Shown piece after piece: positions 1 to 8,850 of a DNA stretch of 46,782 nucleotides (the stretch's first letter is position 1; each line of letters starts with the position of its first letter). The notes beneath the pieces were generated by a model, which saw only the letters and a program-made list of their open reading frames with translations, ran no database searches and had not been told where the DNA came from. The translations under genes and the position numbers were made by a program. The stretch comes from a virus (Duplodnaviria; Caudoviricetes). Where the stretch lies: positions 1-46,782 of IMG/VR virus record IMGVR_UViG_3300044667_000043; one strand, 5' to 3'.

Positions 1-235
1 GGCAGCAGTATGAACGAAGCGATAGGGATGGTTCGCCTTGCCTTGGATCAGGTGGCGATCCATCAGGCCCTTGATGGTCGAACGAGGCCAATCGTGGATC
101 GAAACGCCACCGCCGTTCGAGCGACAGACCACGCCGAGAAGCTTGATTTGCTTCTCAGTGAGGGGGCGATCAGAGGCGCTTTCAGGGTGCGCCATCCAGG
201 TGAGGCCGTCAGCCACGATCCGCCTCCCCCGCTTG
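1..235. repeat. Terminal direct repeat, left copy (circular overlap)
   Basis: 1..235 matches 46548..46782 except one mismatch (C122 vs A46669). Confidence 0.95.
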
Positions 236-421
236 AGGGCCGGCGAGAGCGATGCCGCGGCGGGCAAAGATGCGATGCAGCGCGTTTGCCTGTTGCTCAT
301 CCGTAACCGTGCCGGGCGTGCGGTTAAGCTCGCGCATGCACTCGGTGAGAAGCCTGCGCTGCCTTGCGGCGTTGGCGGTGATCTCGGGGGTGAGCTTGGG
401 GGCGTAGAGGCCGGAGGTCAT
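209..421 (-). CDS. Hypothetical early protein
   Basis: 70-aa ORF overlapping its neighbours in the leftward early operon. Confidence 0.6.
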   Translation of the reverse strand: MTSGLYAPKLTPEITANAARQRRLLTECMRELNRTPGTVTDEQQANALHRIFARRGIALAGPQAGEADRG

Positions 422-735
422 GCGGCCTCTCCAGTGAGTTCGGAGAGTTCCTTACGGAGGCGTTCGACGCGCATTGCGCGAATGCGCTCGCGGCTGCCAA
501 GAGCTTTGCGCTCCATTTCCAACGCGTTGCTTACGCGATCCGCAAATGTGCCGCCATCACGGCTGCTTACCAGCGAGTGTTGACCGCCCTGGCTGTCAAA
601 GTACGTGATGTCATGTGTGAATTTGCTGACACCTTTGTATCTGGAGGCGTAAATCTGCCACGAAGCACCCAAAGCTGTATGCTTCTCAATGATAGCCAAG
701 GCCGCGTTCAGCGTGTCGCGTTCCTTTTTGGTCAT
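418..735 (-). CDS. Hypothetical early protein
   Basis: 105-aa ORF with ATGA overlaps at both ends. Confidence 0.75.
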   Translation of the reverse strand: MTKKERDTLNAALAIIEKHTALGASWQIYASRYKGVSKFTHDITYFDSQGGQHSLVSSRDGGTFADRVSNALEMERKALGSRERIRAMRVERLRKELSELTGEAA

Positions 736-941
736 GCTGCTTTCCTTTCAACCGCCTCAACAGGCGCGGATTTGGTGCAAGCCGGAACGAACCCGTCGTC
801 CGGAACGGTGATCTCGATCACGCCAGAGCCGCCGCATTCGTAGCACTCGCGCTCGTAGTCGCGGTTGCGCGTGCTGATGGTGATCCAGGCTCGGCCTTCG
901 CATAGCGGGCACGGAGCGTTGTCGAGGTTGCTGGCCATCAA
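732..941 (-). CDS. Small zinc-finger protein (CxxCxG repeats)
   Basis: CPLCEG...CYECGGSG; overlaps neighbours. Confidence 0.65.
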   Translation of the reverse strand: MMASNLDNAPCPLCEGRAWITISTRNRDYERECYECGGSGVIEITVPDDGFVPACTKSAPVEAVERKAA

Positions 942-1225
942 CGTTGCTCCGCCTTGGCGAGCGCGGCGCGGACAGGCTCAAGTTCGGCAAGCGCCCCGTC
1001 GACCATGCTGGTGCCGTCGAGCAGATCGTCGATCCAGCTTTCGGCGGTGCTCAGGGCGAGTTTCGCAGCGGCTAGCAGCTCGTAGTGAGCATTGCAGGCG
1101 CGGACGATGAACTCGGCATCCGCCTCCGACCCGTAACCAAAGTGGCAGACGTATTGGCCGCCCTCGGTTTCGATCTCGTCGTCGGACACGACCCACGGCA
1201 GCGGAGTATGTTCCACCCCAGCCAT
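938..1225 (-). CDS. Phage early hypothetical protein (HTPxPW...A.FI..A.N family)
   Basis: HTPLPW...ADAEFIVRACNAHYELLAA motif typical of small phage early proteins. Confidence 0.75.
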   Translation of the reverse strand: MAGVEHTPLPWVVSDDEIETEGGQYVCHFGYGSEADAEFIVRACNAHYELLAAAKLALSTAESWIDDLLDGTSMVDGALAELEPVRAALAKAEQR

Positions 1226-1680
1226 CAGCCTTCGCCTCGGGCTTTTGCGAGGGCAGCGCGTGCGGCGTTCACTTCATCCGAATGGATGACGCCCTCATGG
1301 TATCCGTCCATCGATACGTCGCCGACATCAGCAAGGATCGCTTCCAGCGCGGCCAGCAGATCAGGCGCGGCAGCGATCAGGCGGGCGTTGGCAATCACCT
1401 GCCCACGAGGGCGCATGTTGCTGACAACAGCCGCGATGGCCAAGGCATCCTCAGGTCCGGTGATATTTACGTCACCGAAAATGTCGACCGGACCCGCGCT
1501 CCATGGGCCGGGAGTCGGTTCGCTCCACGTCGCATGAACATGGGCATTCCAACATTCTCGACATGAGCCCCAGTGAACGACGTACTCATCTGCCGAGATA
1601 TCCTTCTCACAGATGCCGCAATTCTCGCGGTCGTTCGGCCCCGCCGCCACCGCGCTGTCGGGGTGGATAGGGGGCGTCAT
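1225..1680 (-). CDS. Phage early hypothetical protein (TPGPW...ANARLIAAAPDLL family) with N-terminal CxxC pair
   Basis: CGIC...CREC then PTPGPW...ANARLIAAAPDLLAALE. Confidence 0.75.
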   Translation of the reverse strand: MTPPIHPDSAVAAGPNDRENCGICEKDISADEYVVHWGSCRECWNAHVHATWSEPTPGPWSAGPVDIFGDVNITGPEDALAIAAVVSNMRPRGQVIANARLIAAAPDLLAALEAILADVGDVSMDGYHEGVIHSDEVNAARAALAKARGEG

Positions 1681-2348
1681 TGGGACACCACGCCATAGTT
1701 CGCCGGACGCGCAGGAATGTCGTCAGGCGACGCGAAACCGAACAGCGGCAGGAAGTAGAAGTCCCTACCCTTCTCGCGCAGGATGCGGGCGCCCTGAATT
1801 TCCCCGGCAGCGTCCCTGGCAGCGGCCCAGGCAGCGGCCCAGGCAGCGTCCCTGGCAGCGTACCAGGCAGCGGCCCTGGCAGCGGCCCCGGCAGCGGCCC
1901 TGGCAGCGGCCCAGGCAGCGTCCCTGGCAGCGTACCAGGCAGCGGCCCTGGCAGCAGCCCAATCGGCCGGCGTCATCTGATCCATGTGCCACCAGAAATC
2001 GAGCAGCTTGGACCATTGGTCGCCAAGCACCTTGCCGGGGTCAGTCAGGACGATGGAAGGCGCGCCATCGACGCTGTCATTGATTTGACGCAGCAGGATC
2101 GCGTGGGCCGTGCTGATGTTCAGAAGGCGAGCGGTTTCCTGATCGGCCTCGACCTGAGCGACACTCTTAAGGCGCTCAGGTTCCCAACCGCCGATGGTCA
2201 GAAGGACTTGACCTTGCGCGCATGCGCACCCGAGATCAGATGGCGGCTCTTTGCCGTCGCCGTTATAGCGAGACCAGTCAATGAGCTTGCCTTTGTAAGG
2301 CCTTCCCTGATCGGAATCCCAATAGGCGAGTAGTTCTTCGAGTTGCAT
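1677..2348 (-). CDS. Protein with Ala-rich (W/R/G)-x-A-A tetrapeptide repeat
   Basis: 223-aa ORF with SD-like upstream sequence; WAAARAAAWYAARDAA repeats. Confidence 0.8.
   Translation of the reverse strand: MQLEELLAYWDSDQGRPYKGKLIDWSRYNGDGKEPPSDLGCACAQGQVLLTIGGWEPERLKSVAQVEADQETARLLNISTAHAILLRQINDSVDGAPSIVLTDPGKVLGDQWSKLLDFWWHMDQMTPADWAAARAAAWYAARDAAWAAARAAAGAAARAAAWYAARDAAWAAAWAAARDAAGEIQGARILREKGRDFYFLPLFGFASPDDIPARPANYGVVSQ
1806..1961. repeat. 13 x 12-bp tandem repeat GGCAGCG(G/T)(C/A)CC(A/T/C)
   Basis: Units start every 12 bp from 1806 to 1950; the last unit is GGCAGCAGCCCA. Confidence 0.95.
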
Positions 2349-2390
2349 CTAGCTTTCTCCACCTTCCCGGCATCGGCCGGGGAGCCATTG

Positions 2391-3413
2391 TCAGTGAGCG
2401 AGCTCAGCCTTCTTCGCGGCGAGCAGTTCAGCCAGTTCCTCGGCAACGGGGCCGGGCAATGCGGAGTCGTGCTTGTCGAGCTCGGCGCTGGCGGCTTCCC
2501 AGGACGCCTGTCCGATCGCTGCGTCGATCATGCTGCGGATCGTGTCGGCGCAGGTCTGCCAGACAGGCGCGTCGGCATCGTCGGTGAAGTTCTCGCCGCG
2601 TTGGGTGTCGGCGGGGCCTTCTTCTGCGATCTCCGCATCCTCGATATGCGCTTCGAGAGCATCGAGCCGGCTCATGGGCTCGGCGAGCTGCGGTTGCTCG
2701 TTTTCGACGACGGTAAGCTCTGGCGTTGCGCCCCCGTTCATCGTGGCGTCCCGCTGGAAGATTTCCTCCTCGAGGTCCGTCGACATGGGCAGGCGCTTGG
2801 ACAACCGGCGCATGACGGTCTTGCGGGCCATTTCGCCCCACCACTGCGCCCACGGTCCATTCCGGCCCGACCGGCTGACGGCCCGCACCTTCTCGATCTC
2901 CTCGAGGCTCATCACTTCGAGAAGCTTCTCGCCGTTCTTGAGAACCGCGGTCGCATAGGCGCCGATCGGTTTGCCGCGGGGCTTGTCGAGGGTCGGCGGC
3001 ACATGCTCGACATCCTCGTCGAAGCCATAGCGCACGAGAAAATGATCGTGCTCGTACACGACCTGTGCGCTGACCTTCGCGACCTCGCCCGACTGGCGTA
3101 CCTTCTTGAGCACGCCTGCGATCATCGGCATGGCCTGCGCCTTGTTGCCGAACATGACCAGCGCGGCCTCCCGGCCATCGGGAAGCAGGCCATCCTGCGC
3201 CAGGCGGACGATCGCGCCGAACAGCGAGCGTCGATCGGCGTTCTGCAAGTCGGGGTTGTTCTGGATCGCGGTCATCGCGACGCGCCGGAACTTCTCCTCG
3301 CTGACGTGCGCCGGCAGCGCAGCCTTGAACTCGGGCGCCATCTGCGTGAGCGTCTGGCGGATGACGGCGACAGGATTGTCGCGGCGCTCGGCAACAGCAT
3401 TGCTGGCCATCAT
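2391..3413 (-). CDS. recT: RecT-family single-strand annealing recombinase
   Basis: GLLPDGREAALV, GAYA.A, EVMSLEEIEKVR, PW..WW.EMARKTVMRRL.K.LP motifs; start ATG 3413 or 3410. Confidence 0.92.
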   Translation of the reverse strand: MMASNAVAERRDNPVAVIRQTLTQMAPEFKAALPAHVSEEKFRRVAMTAIQNNPDLQNADRRSLFGAIVRLAQDGLLPDGREAALVMFGNKAQAMPMIAGVLKKVRQSGEVAKVSAQVVYEHDHFLVRYGFDEDVEHVPPTLDKPRGKPIGAYATAVLKNGEKLLEVMSLEEIEKVRAVSRSGRNGPWAQWWGEMARKTVMRRLSKRLPMSTDLEEEIFQRDATMNGGATPELTVVENEQPQLAEPMSRLDALEAHIEDAEIAEEGPADTQRGENFTDDADAPVWQTCADTIRSMIDAAIGQASWEAASAELDKHDSALPGPVAEELAELLAAKKAELAH

Positions 3414-4345
3414 TTGATCTCCTGAGGTTTGACGTAGAACCGCCTGTGCGGAGCCCGGCCTTTGATGACGTGGCCGACCATGTCGGCGGTGATGATCTTG
3501 TCGGGTGATCCACCCTGCACCGGCACGCGGCAGGAATAGCCGTCGACCAACGCCGAGGTGTTCGATCCGAGCTTTTCGAGGATCTCGGCCTTGGCGGCAT
3601 CGACACGGCATCCGGCGGCAAGCTCGTCGGCCTTGGCGTCGAGATACTCCTGCAGCAGCTCGGGCATCCGATTGTCACGGCGAAGGTCGATCAGCGTGTC
3701 ATTCGGGTCGACGTAGAGCTCGGCGATCGCGTCACCGTCCCGGCTGTAGTCCGGCTTCGGCGGCTTGTTCGCGTGAACACTGTGCCAGAAGGCCTCGACG
3801 CGCCTTTCCGCCTCGGCGTAAAGCTTGGGGCGGAAATCGTTCTTGAAGCGCTCCAGCTTGTTTCCACCGACCAGCACCAGCGTGTCGAACCACGAAACGC
3901 CATCGAGCCCGGCGCCGGTGTTGCCCTGCAGTAGATAGTTCAGCGGCGGCTCTTCGCCCCAGCTCTTGAACACCAGCCAATCGGCCATCTTCACTTCGAG
4001 AAGGCCGGGGCCGCGCTCGGGGCAGATGACGCGGCGGTCGGGGTGAGCGCCGAGACCCCTGCCGTTTGACAGCGGTCCGCATGCCGGGCGGTCGATATAG
4101 CCGAAGCGCTCCTTGGCGGCTTCGATGATCGCTGGCTCGAGCTTCACTCCCCAGAAGATGCGCTCATCCTCGGGAGACCCATCCTCGCGGATCGCGTTGA
4201 ACTCGGGTGTGGCGATCGTGCCGCGCTTCCGGTGCCAAAGCTCGAACTCGGTCAGCCAGGGGTTGCAGCCGAACAAGGCTGACACCTCGCTGGCGCCGAC
4301 GTGCTGCGCGCGGAAGATGGCATCGGCGGAGGGTTGGTCTGTCAC
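3410..4345 (-). CDS. YqaJ-like (lambda exonuclease family) recombination exonuclease
   Basis: HVGASEV..LFG.NPW, WG..LEP, GAHPD, LLEVK, Y..Q motifs; GTG start overlaps the upstream stop. Confidence 0.9.
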   Translation of the reverse strand: MTDQPSADAIFRAQHVGASEVSALFGCNPWLTEFELWHRKRGTIATPEFNAIREDGSPEDERIFWGVKLEPAIIEAAKERFGYIDRPACGPLSNGRGLGAHPDRRVICPERGPGLLEVKMADWLVFKSWGEEPPLNYLLQGNTGAGLDGVSWFDTLVLVGGNKLERFKNDFRPKLYAEAERRVEAFWHSVHANKPPKPDYSRDGDAIAELYVDPNDTLIDLRRDNRMPELLQEYLDAKADELAAGCRVDAAKAEILEKLGSNTSALVDGYSCRVPVQGGSPDKIITADMVGHVIKGRAPHRRFYVKPQEIK

Positions 4346-4551
4346 GACATCATCCCCGCAAGCCGCGCTTCCTGCGCGCCGATCCAGTGCTCGTAGAGAG
4401 CGCCCGGCCCGCCGAGTTCGAGTTCGCGGGCCATGTTGCGGGTGATGTCGGCGCTGAACGACTTGCCGAGGCGGTCGAAGCCGGCCGCGCAGGCATAGGC
4501 ACGCTCGACCAGGCAGGACTCGCGCTGACGGATAACAGCCGGCGCGTTCAC
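4342..4551 (-). CDS. Hypothetical early protein
   Basis: 69-aa ORF coupled to neighbours. Confidence 0.6.
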   Translation of the reverse strand: MNAPAVIRQRESCLVERAYACAAGFDRLGKSFSADITRNMARELELGGPGALYEHWIGAQEARLAGMMS

Positions 4552-4802
4552 GCGGCCATCTCCAGCTCGGGCAGGACAGCCATCGCAACCGCGAGCGGCT
4601 TGACGGTCAGCCCTTGCGCAGCGACCGGACGCTCAAGCGTCGAGCAGGCGGCACGGGCATGCGCCCAGATCTCCCAAGCGCGCATCCGCGCCTGACCCTC
4701 GGTCGCGCCGGCCGGCATCCAGAAACGGTGTTCCAGGTGCGGCGCGCCTTCGATGGTGGCGAGCCATTGTTCGTCGGTGGGAAGAAGCATTGTCGTCTCC
4801 AT
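4548..4802 (-). CDS. Hypothetical protein, first gene of the leftward operon
   Basis: 84-aa ORF just downstream of the putative PL promoter/operators. Confidence 0.6.
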   Translation of the reverse strand: METTMLLPTDEQWLATIEGAPHLEHRFWMPAGATEGQARMRAWEIWAHARAACSTLERPVAAQGLTVKPLAVAMAVLPELEMAA

Positions 4803-4825
4803 GCCGGTGTGCCGGCGATGGAGAT

Positions 4826-4878
4826 TTAATACCGCAACGGTATTTTCCTGTCTACCCTAAAAATGCCAGTACGGTATA
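4826..4878 (-). promoter_or_regulatory. Putative PL promoter with two repressor operators (OL)
   Basis: AATACCG-CAA-CGGTATT (4828-4844) and AATGCCA-GTA-CGGTATA (4862-4878); minus-strand TAGACA-17-TATTAA. Confidence 0.75.
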
Positions 4879-4897
4879 TTTTATTACGGGCGCTGCC

Positions 4898-5317
4898 TCA
4901 ACTCGCACTGTCCTGGCCCGGTTCCGGCCTCATTTCCTTCACGACGAGACAGCGCTTCGAGAGGCTGTGCATCGTGCCGACCATGGATCGGGCGCTGAGT
5001 GGTCGCCGATAGAGGACCGAAAGCGAGACCTCCCCAGCGACTTCCCGAAGGCGAAACTTGGCGAAGAACTTGTCGCTTCCCTTGGTGAACATACCGCCCG
5101 GCGGGGCCCAATCGACATCGGCGCCGCCGTCGACTGCCAGCACCTGAATACCGCCGTTCTTATCGAGCTCGCGTGAGAGGCAGGCCTGCGCGTCGTCGAC
5201 TGACATATCCAGAATGGCGATTTGTCCCGCTGGTCGATGCGGTGCATCGTCCTGGTCCGCCAAGGCTGCAACAGGAATCATGGTAATTGCAGCGGCCAAC
5301 ATAAGACGACTGATCAT
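4898..5317 (-). CDS. Exported protein downstream of cI (candidate superinfection exclusion)
   Basis: Signal peptide MISRLMLAAAITMIPVAALA; two Cys; 8 bp after the cI stop. Confidence 0.7.
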   Translation of the reverse strand: MISRLMLAAAITMIPVAALADQDDAPHRPAGQIAILDMSVDDAQACLSRELDKNGGIQVLAVDGGADVDWAPPGGMFTKGSDKFFAKFRLREVAGEVSLSVLYRRPLSARSMVGTMHSLSKRCLVVKEMRPEPGQDSAS

Positions 5318-5325
5318 AGCACCCC

Positions 5326-5970
5326 CTACTCTGGACGGATTGACGCAACGACTACCGCAGCGATGCGCTGTTCGATAATACCAGGCTCCGGATCATCCAG
5401 CTTGAACGGCCGATGTGCGGGATTGTAGGACTCAGGGACGGCCCAAAGCTCGCCGTTCTGCTCTACAAGCTTCTTCACCGTGGCCTCATATTCCATGTTG
5501 TCGTTCCTGCGGACAACGACCACACGTTTGCCCGGCGCAGCTTCGGCGCGCCCAAAGACTGATACGCACTCCACGATCGTTCCGGGCGGATAGACCATAT
5601 CCATACTGTCACCAATGACGCGCAGACCGAACCGATGATCAAGGTCCGCCGTAATGTCTGCCCGGCCGCTGAACGTCTCCCATTCCTCTTGCGGAAGCTC
5701 GAATGCATCTAGCCAGACGCCGGCAGCCACCGCGCCTTTGACGAACAACGTTGGCCCAATCGGGGCGGCGGCATGCGGATCCAGTAGCACGCCTGGATCA
5801 ACTCCGAGGTGCCTGGCTAGCTCGATCACTTGGGCGAGCGTATCAGGCTCCCGTCTGCCCTTCTCCCAGCGATTGATGGTAGGTTGCTCCACGCCCATGA
5901 GTTCGCCGAGCTGCGCTTGTGTGTAGCCCTTACGCCTCCTGAGTTCGGCCAGATGGTATAAATTCCCCAT
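5326..5970 (-). CDS. cI: CI-like repressor (XRE HTH plus S24 peptidase)
   Basis: LRRRKGYTQAQLGELMGVEQPTINRWEKG HTH; LRVIGDSM and ATVKK catalytic Ser/Lys motifs. Confidence 0.93.
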   Translation of the reverse strand: MGNLYHLAELRRRKGYTQAQLGELMGVEQPTINRWEKGRREPDTLAQVIELARHLGVDPGVLLDPHAAAPIGPTLFVKGAVAAGVWLDAFELPQEEWETFSGRADITADLDHRFGLRVIGDSMDMVYPPGTIVECVSVFGRAEAAPGKRVVVVRRNDNMEYEATVKKLVEQNGELWAVPESYNPAHRPFKLDDPEPGIIEQRIAAVVVASIRPE

Positions 5971-6047
5971 CGGTATATTTTGCCGCACCGCAAAAAGCGG
6001 CGGAATGTCCGCAGCGGTATTGCCAATAAATACCGTTTCGGTATATT
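5961..6047. promoter_or_regulatory. OR region: three operators and a PR-like promoter
   Basis: AATTCCC-CAT-CGGTATA (5961-5977), ATGTCCG-CAG-CGGTATT (6005-6021), AATACCG-TTT-CGGTATA (6029-6045); TTGCCA-16-TATATT before cro. Confidence 0.78.
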
Positions 6048-6055
6048 CGCGGCTC

Positions 6056-6307
6056 ATGAACACCTTCCAAGCAGCCCTGAAGGCCTATCTCGATGAAGAT
6101 GGCAACGCGGAGAGCGCGCTGGCCGAAAAGGTCGGTCGGTCGCAGGCGGCCATCAACCGGTATCGCTGCGGCAAGCGTTTCCCCGATGCGGACACCGCCC
6201 GTCTGATCGAGAAGCACACGAGCGGCGCCGTGCCGTTTTCGGCTTGGCAAGCCGACTTTCTTGTCCGCTCCGGCCTCACGGGTGCGCTGCCGGAGAAGGT
6301 AGTATGA
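6056..6307 (+). CDS. cro: Cro-like HTH protein
   Basis: ESALAEKVGRSQAAINRYRCGKRFPD...IEKHT.GAV; divergent from cI. Confidence 0.85.
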   Translation: MNTFQAALKAYLDEDGNAESALAEKVGRSQAAINRYRCGKRFPDADTARLIEKHTSGAVPFSAWQADFLVRSGLTGALPEKVV

Positions 6308-6309
6308 TG

Positions 6310-6540
6310 TCAGCTATCTTCGGTCTCCACGCACATGGCATCGAGCGGGCGGACAACATCTCCTTTCTTCGCGTCCCAATCGGCGAACACGGATGCGGCT
6401 GCCCTGATGCCTTCGAGCAGATCATGCGGCGAGAAGGCCAGCACGGGCACATTCTCGACGCCCACGTCAACGTAGAAATGTCCACCTCTTTCACTGAACT
6501 TGGGCGGGTGGTCGACAAGCAGAACTGGCAGTTGACCCAT
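6310..6540 (-). CDS. Hypothetical protein, antisense within the PR operon
   Basis: MGQLPVLLVDHPP... preceded by GAGGGGAG SD. Confidence 0.55.
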   Translation of the reverse strand: MGQLPVLLVDHPPKFSERGGHFYVDVGVENVPVLAFSPHDLLEGIRAAASVFADWDAKKGDVVRPLDAMCVETEDS

Positions 6541-6960
6541 GGAGTCTCCCCTCTTCGAGGGCGCCCCCTTTCCCAAGATTCGCGCCCTGGCCCGAAGGTG
6601 CTCCGCCAAAGGTTAACAGTTCCTAACATTTCGACGCCAATGTCGGATTTCGCCGCATGAGCGCGATCCTCGCCACCGCTGCGCGCGCTCATTGGCGGCA
6701 AGAGTTCAGTGGCAGGCAACTCCTTGTCCCCGCCAACGACAACCCGCCCAGCATCGACGTGCGACAGCTGGCGCGCGAACTCGACGGGGTGCTGTAGATG
6801 AGTGCCGTTTTCTTCTTTGTCGGTCCCTCCCGTGCCGACGAACGGACCGAGGTCGACACCGCGACCCGCCGCCTCGGCCCACCGCTTCAACAGCCGCGCA
6901 CAGACGGCGTCGATCCGCTCGGCGCGGCAGGTTCTCGTTCCCCTGTTCATGAGGTCACAA

Positions 6961-7461
6961 ATGCACGCTGATGCCCGTTCAGTCGTTCCGCAATGCAGCA
7001 TGCGAACGGAAACAGAGTTCCGCGACACATGGCTGGTCACGCTGGCCCGCTTGTGCCGGGAGCACGGCGACGGCCAGGTCGCCATGTGGCTCGGTGTCAG
7101 CGAGCGCCATCTGCGTAACATAAAGGCGGGCGACAGCATGCCCGCGCCATTCCGCCTCTGGAACTTGCTCGCGCTCGATCCGTCCGCGCACGACGAGCTC
7201 GACGCGCTGTTCGACCTCAAGAACGTCGCCAAGGATGCCGTCTGTTCGAGCGATCCTTTGACGCTCGACATGATCGCGCTGGCCCATGAGACGGCGCAGG
7301 ACGAGAGCCCCGACAGCCCCGGCGGCAAGGTCGTCACCGATCACGAATTGCTCGGCAAGGACGAGGCCCGGCTGCGCAAGGTCTATCGCACGATCGGCGG
7401 GTGGCTGAACCGCCTCGAGGAAATGCGGCGGCCGCGTGTGGTCGGGGGGAAAGCCGTATGA
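6961..7461 (+). CDS. CII-like transcription regulator
   Basis: HTH-like QVAMWLGVSERHLRNIKAG; C-terminal SPGG..VT..E; position after cro. Confidence 0.6.
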   Translation: MHADARSVVPQCSMRTETEFRDTWLVTLARLCREHGDGQVAMWLGVSERHLRNIKAGDSMPAPFRLWNLLALDPSAHDELDALFDLKNVAKDAVCSSDPLTLDMIALAHETAQDESPDSPGGKVVTDHELLGKDEARLRKVYRTIGGWLNRLEEMRRPRVVGGKAV

Positions 7462-7967
7462 GCTGGAGCCCCAAAGCGCGCCAGGCCCGTGTCGCCGACA
7501 TCATCCGTGTCGCGGCGCAGATGTCGCACATCAGCGAAGACAAGATTACGGGGCCGGATCGTCATAGGAGCATCGTGCGTGTCCGCCAGGCCTGCTACGT
7601 CGTTGCGCGGCGCTCGGGGCATTCCTATCCGCAGATCGGCCGCCTGATCGGCGGGCGCGACCACAGCAGCGTGCTGCACGGTATCGACACAGCAGCGGCC
7701 ATTGCTGAGCGAGACGACGAGTACAGCGCCTTCATAGATGCGCTGGATTACCAGTCGCTCAACGTCGTGCCGTTCGCGCCCGTGCCCGCTGCGGTCGCCA
7801 ACGCTGTCCCCGACAAGGTTGAACCCGAGGCGCACTCGCCGTTCCTGGCGCCTGTTGATGACGACGATCCCGAGATCCCGGAGGAATTGGACGGGGCACA
7901 TCGTTTTCATGCCTCCATCGCTCTTGGGAGCATCAAGCTTGCCGAAGCCCTGCGGGGGGCCATGTGA
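7458..7967 (+). CDS. DnaA C-terminal-domain HTH protein
   Basis: RQACY.AR..G.SYPQIGR.IGGRDHSSVLHG is the Bac_DnaA_C signature. Confidence 0.88.
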   Translation: MSWSPKARQARVADIIRVAAQMSHISEDKITGPDRHRSIVRVRQACYVVARRSGHSYPQIGRLIGGRDHSSVLHGIDTAAAIAERDDEYSAFIDALDYQSLNVVPFAPVPAAVANAVPDKVEPEAHSPFLAPVDDDDPEIPEELDGAHRFHASIALGSIKLAEALRGAM

Positions 7968-8179
7968 TGGCGAACCGGCCTCCGATTATGTCGCGCCGCG
8001 AGCGGGCCGACCGGCATCGCGCAATCGTCGCTGCTTATGAATTGGGCGGCACCTCGCGCTCGGTAGCAAGCCAATTCCGCGTCAGTTCGGGATTCGTGCG
8101 CGATATCATCAAACTCTACGGCGTCTCGCGGCCGGTCGGACGGCCTCTTTCGCATGGAGGCCGCGATGCCGGCCAGTGA
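7964..8179 (+). CDS. Small HTH protein
   Basis: IVAAYELGGTSRSVASQFRVSSGFV..II...GV. Confidence 0.65.
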   Translation: MMANRPPIMSRRERADRHRAIVAAYELGGTSRSVASQFRVSSGFVRDIIKLYGVSRPVGRPLSHGGRDAGQ

Positions 8180-8408
8180 TCGCGGCGGCAGCCCGCCGCA
8201 ACGCCACGCGCCCACGCAAATGACGCGCGCGCACAACGTCACCACGGCCTTCATGAAGGTCACGACGGCGCCGCTGCATACCCTGACCGACACCATGCTG
8301 GAAAGCATCGCGCGGAGCCACGCAAACGAGCGTGACCGGCCGGCGCTGCTGACTGAACTGCGCGCGAGGCTGGCGGTGCGCAAGGAGCGGGAGGGCGCGG
8401 ATGGCTGA
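8166..8408 (+). CDS. Hypothetical protein
   Basis: GGAGG SD; overlaps neighbours. Confidence 0.55.
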   Translation: MPASDRGGSPPQRHAPTQMTRAHNVTTAFMKVTTAPLHTLTDTMLESIARSHANERDRPALLTELRARLAVRKEREGADG

Positions 8409-8850
8409 CCCGGCGTTCTTCGCCGATTTGGAAAGCCCCTTGCGGCCGCACCCGCTTTTCCCGGTGCAGGAGCCGGACGGCGAGCGCGATTGGACGGAAC
8501 TGCAGCGGCAGGCCACGCTATTTCGGCTCGTGCACAATGCCGGGCCATCCGTTTCCGGCTTCGCGATCCCGAACGCCGGCAAGCGCAATCCAATACAGGC
8601 GATCCGAGAGGGCATCGTCGGCGGCGTGTTCGATACATGCTGGAATGCCCAGCATCCCTTCATGTCAGCCTGGATCGAGATGAAGGGCTACGACAAGCGC
8701 GGCCGGCCCGGGAAGCTGTCCACCGCGCAGATCGAATGGGGCAACCGGATGCACATGCTCGGCAAGCCGGTTGCATGCTTCTTCAACCCCTATGATGCCT
8801 TTGACTGGCTGCGGATGCTCGGGTTCCCGCTGCGGGCGATCGCCGCATGA
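8401..8850 (+). CDS. VRR-NUC family nuclease
   Basis: AIPNAGKR, GV.D, WIEMK, G.LS..Q..W motifs. Confidence 0.85.
   Translation: MADPAFFADLESPLRPHPLFPVQEPDGERDWTELQRQATLFRLVHNAGPSVSGFAIPNAGKRNPIQAIREGIVGGVFDTCWNAQHPFMSAWIEMKGYDKRGRPGKLSTAQIEWGNRMHMLGKPVACFFNPYDAFDWLRMLGFPLRAIAA

Noticed and set aside
1806-1961. CRISPR array or diversity-generating retroelement repeat
   Set aside because: Contiguous 12-bp units without spacers; no cas or reverse transcriptase gene and no template/variable repeat pair seen.
2343-3678. Long alternative ORFs (360 aa on +, 416 aa on -) over recT, and similar shadows such as 18713-19801, 20640-21632 and 44464-45528
   Set aside because: Expected shadow frames of GC-rich coding DNA; no motifs, and they overlap well-supported genes.
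6611-6628. CtrA box (GGTTAACAGTTCCTAAC)
   Set aside because: Spacing is TTAA-N6-CTAA rather than TTAA-N7-TTAA; only a half-site, which is not enough.
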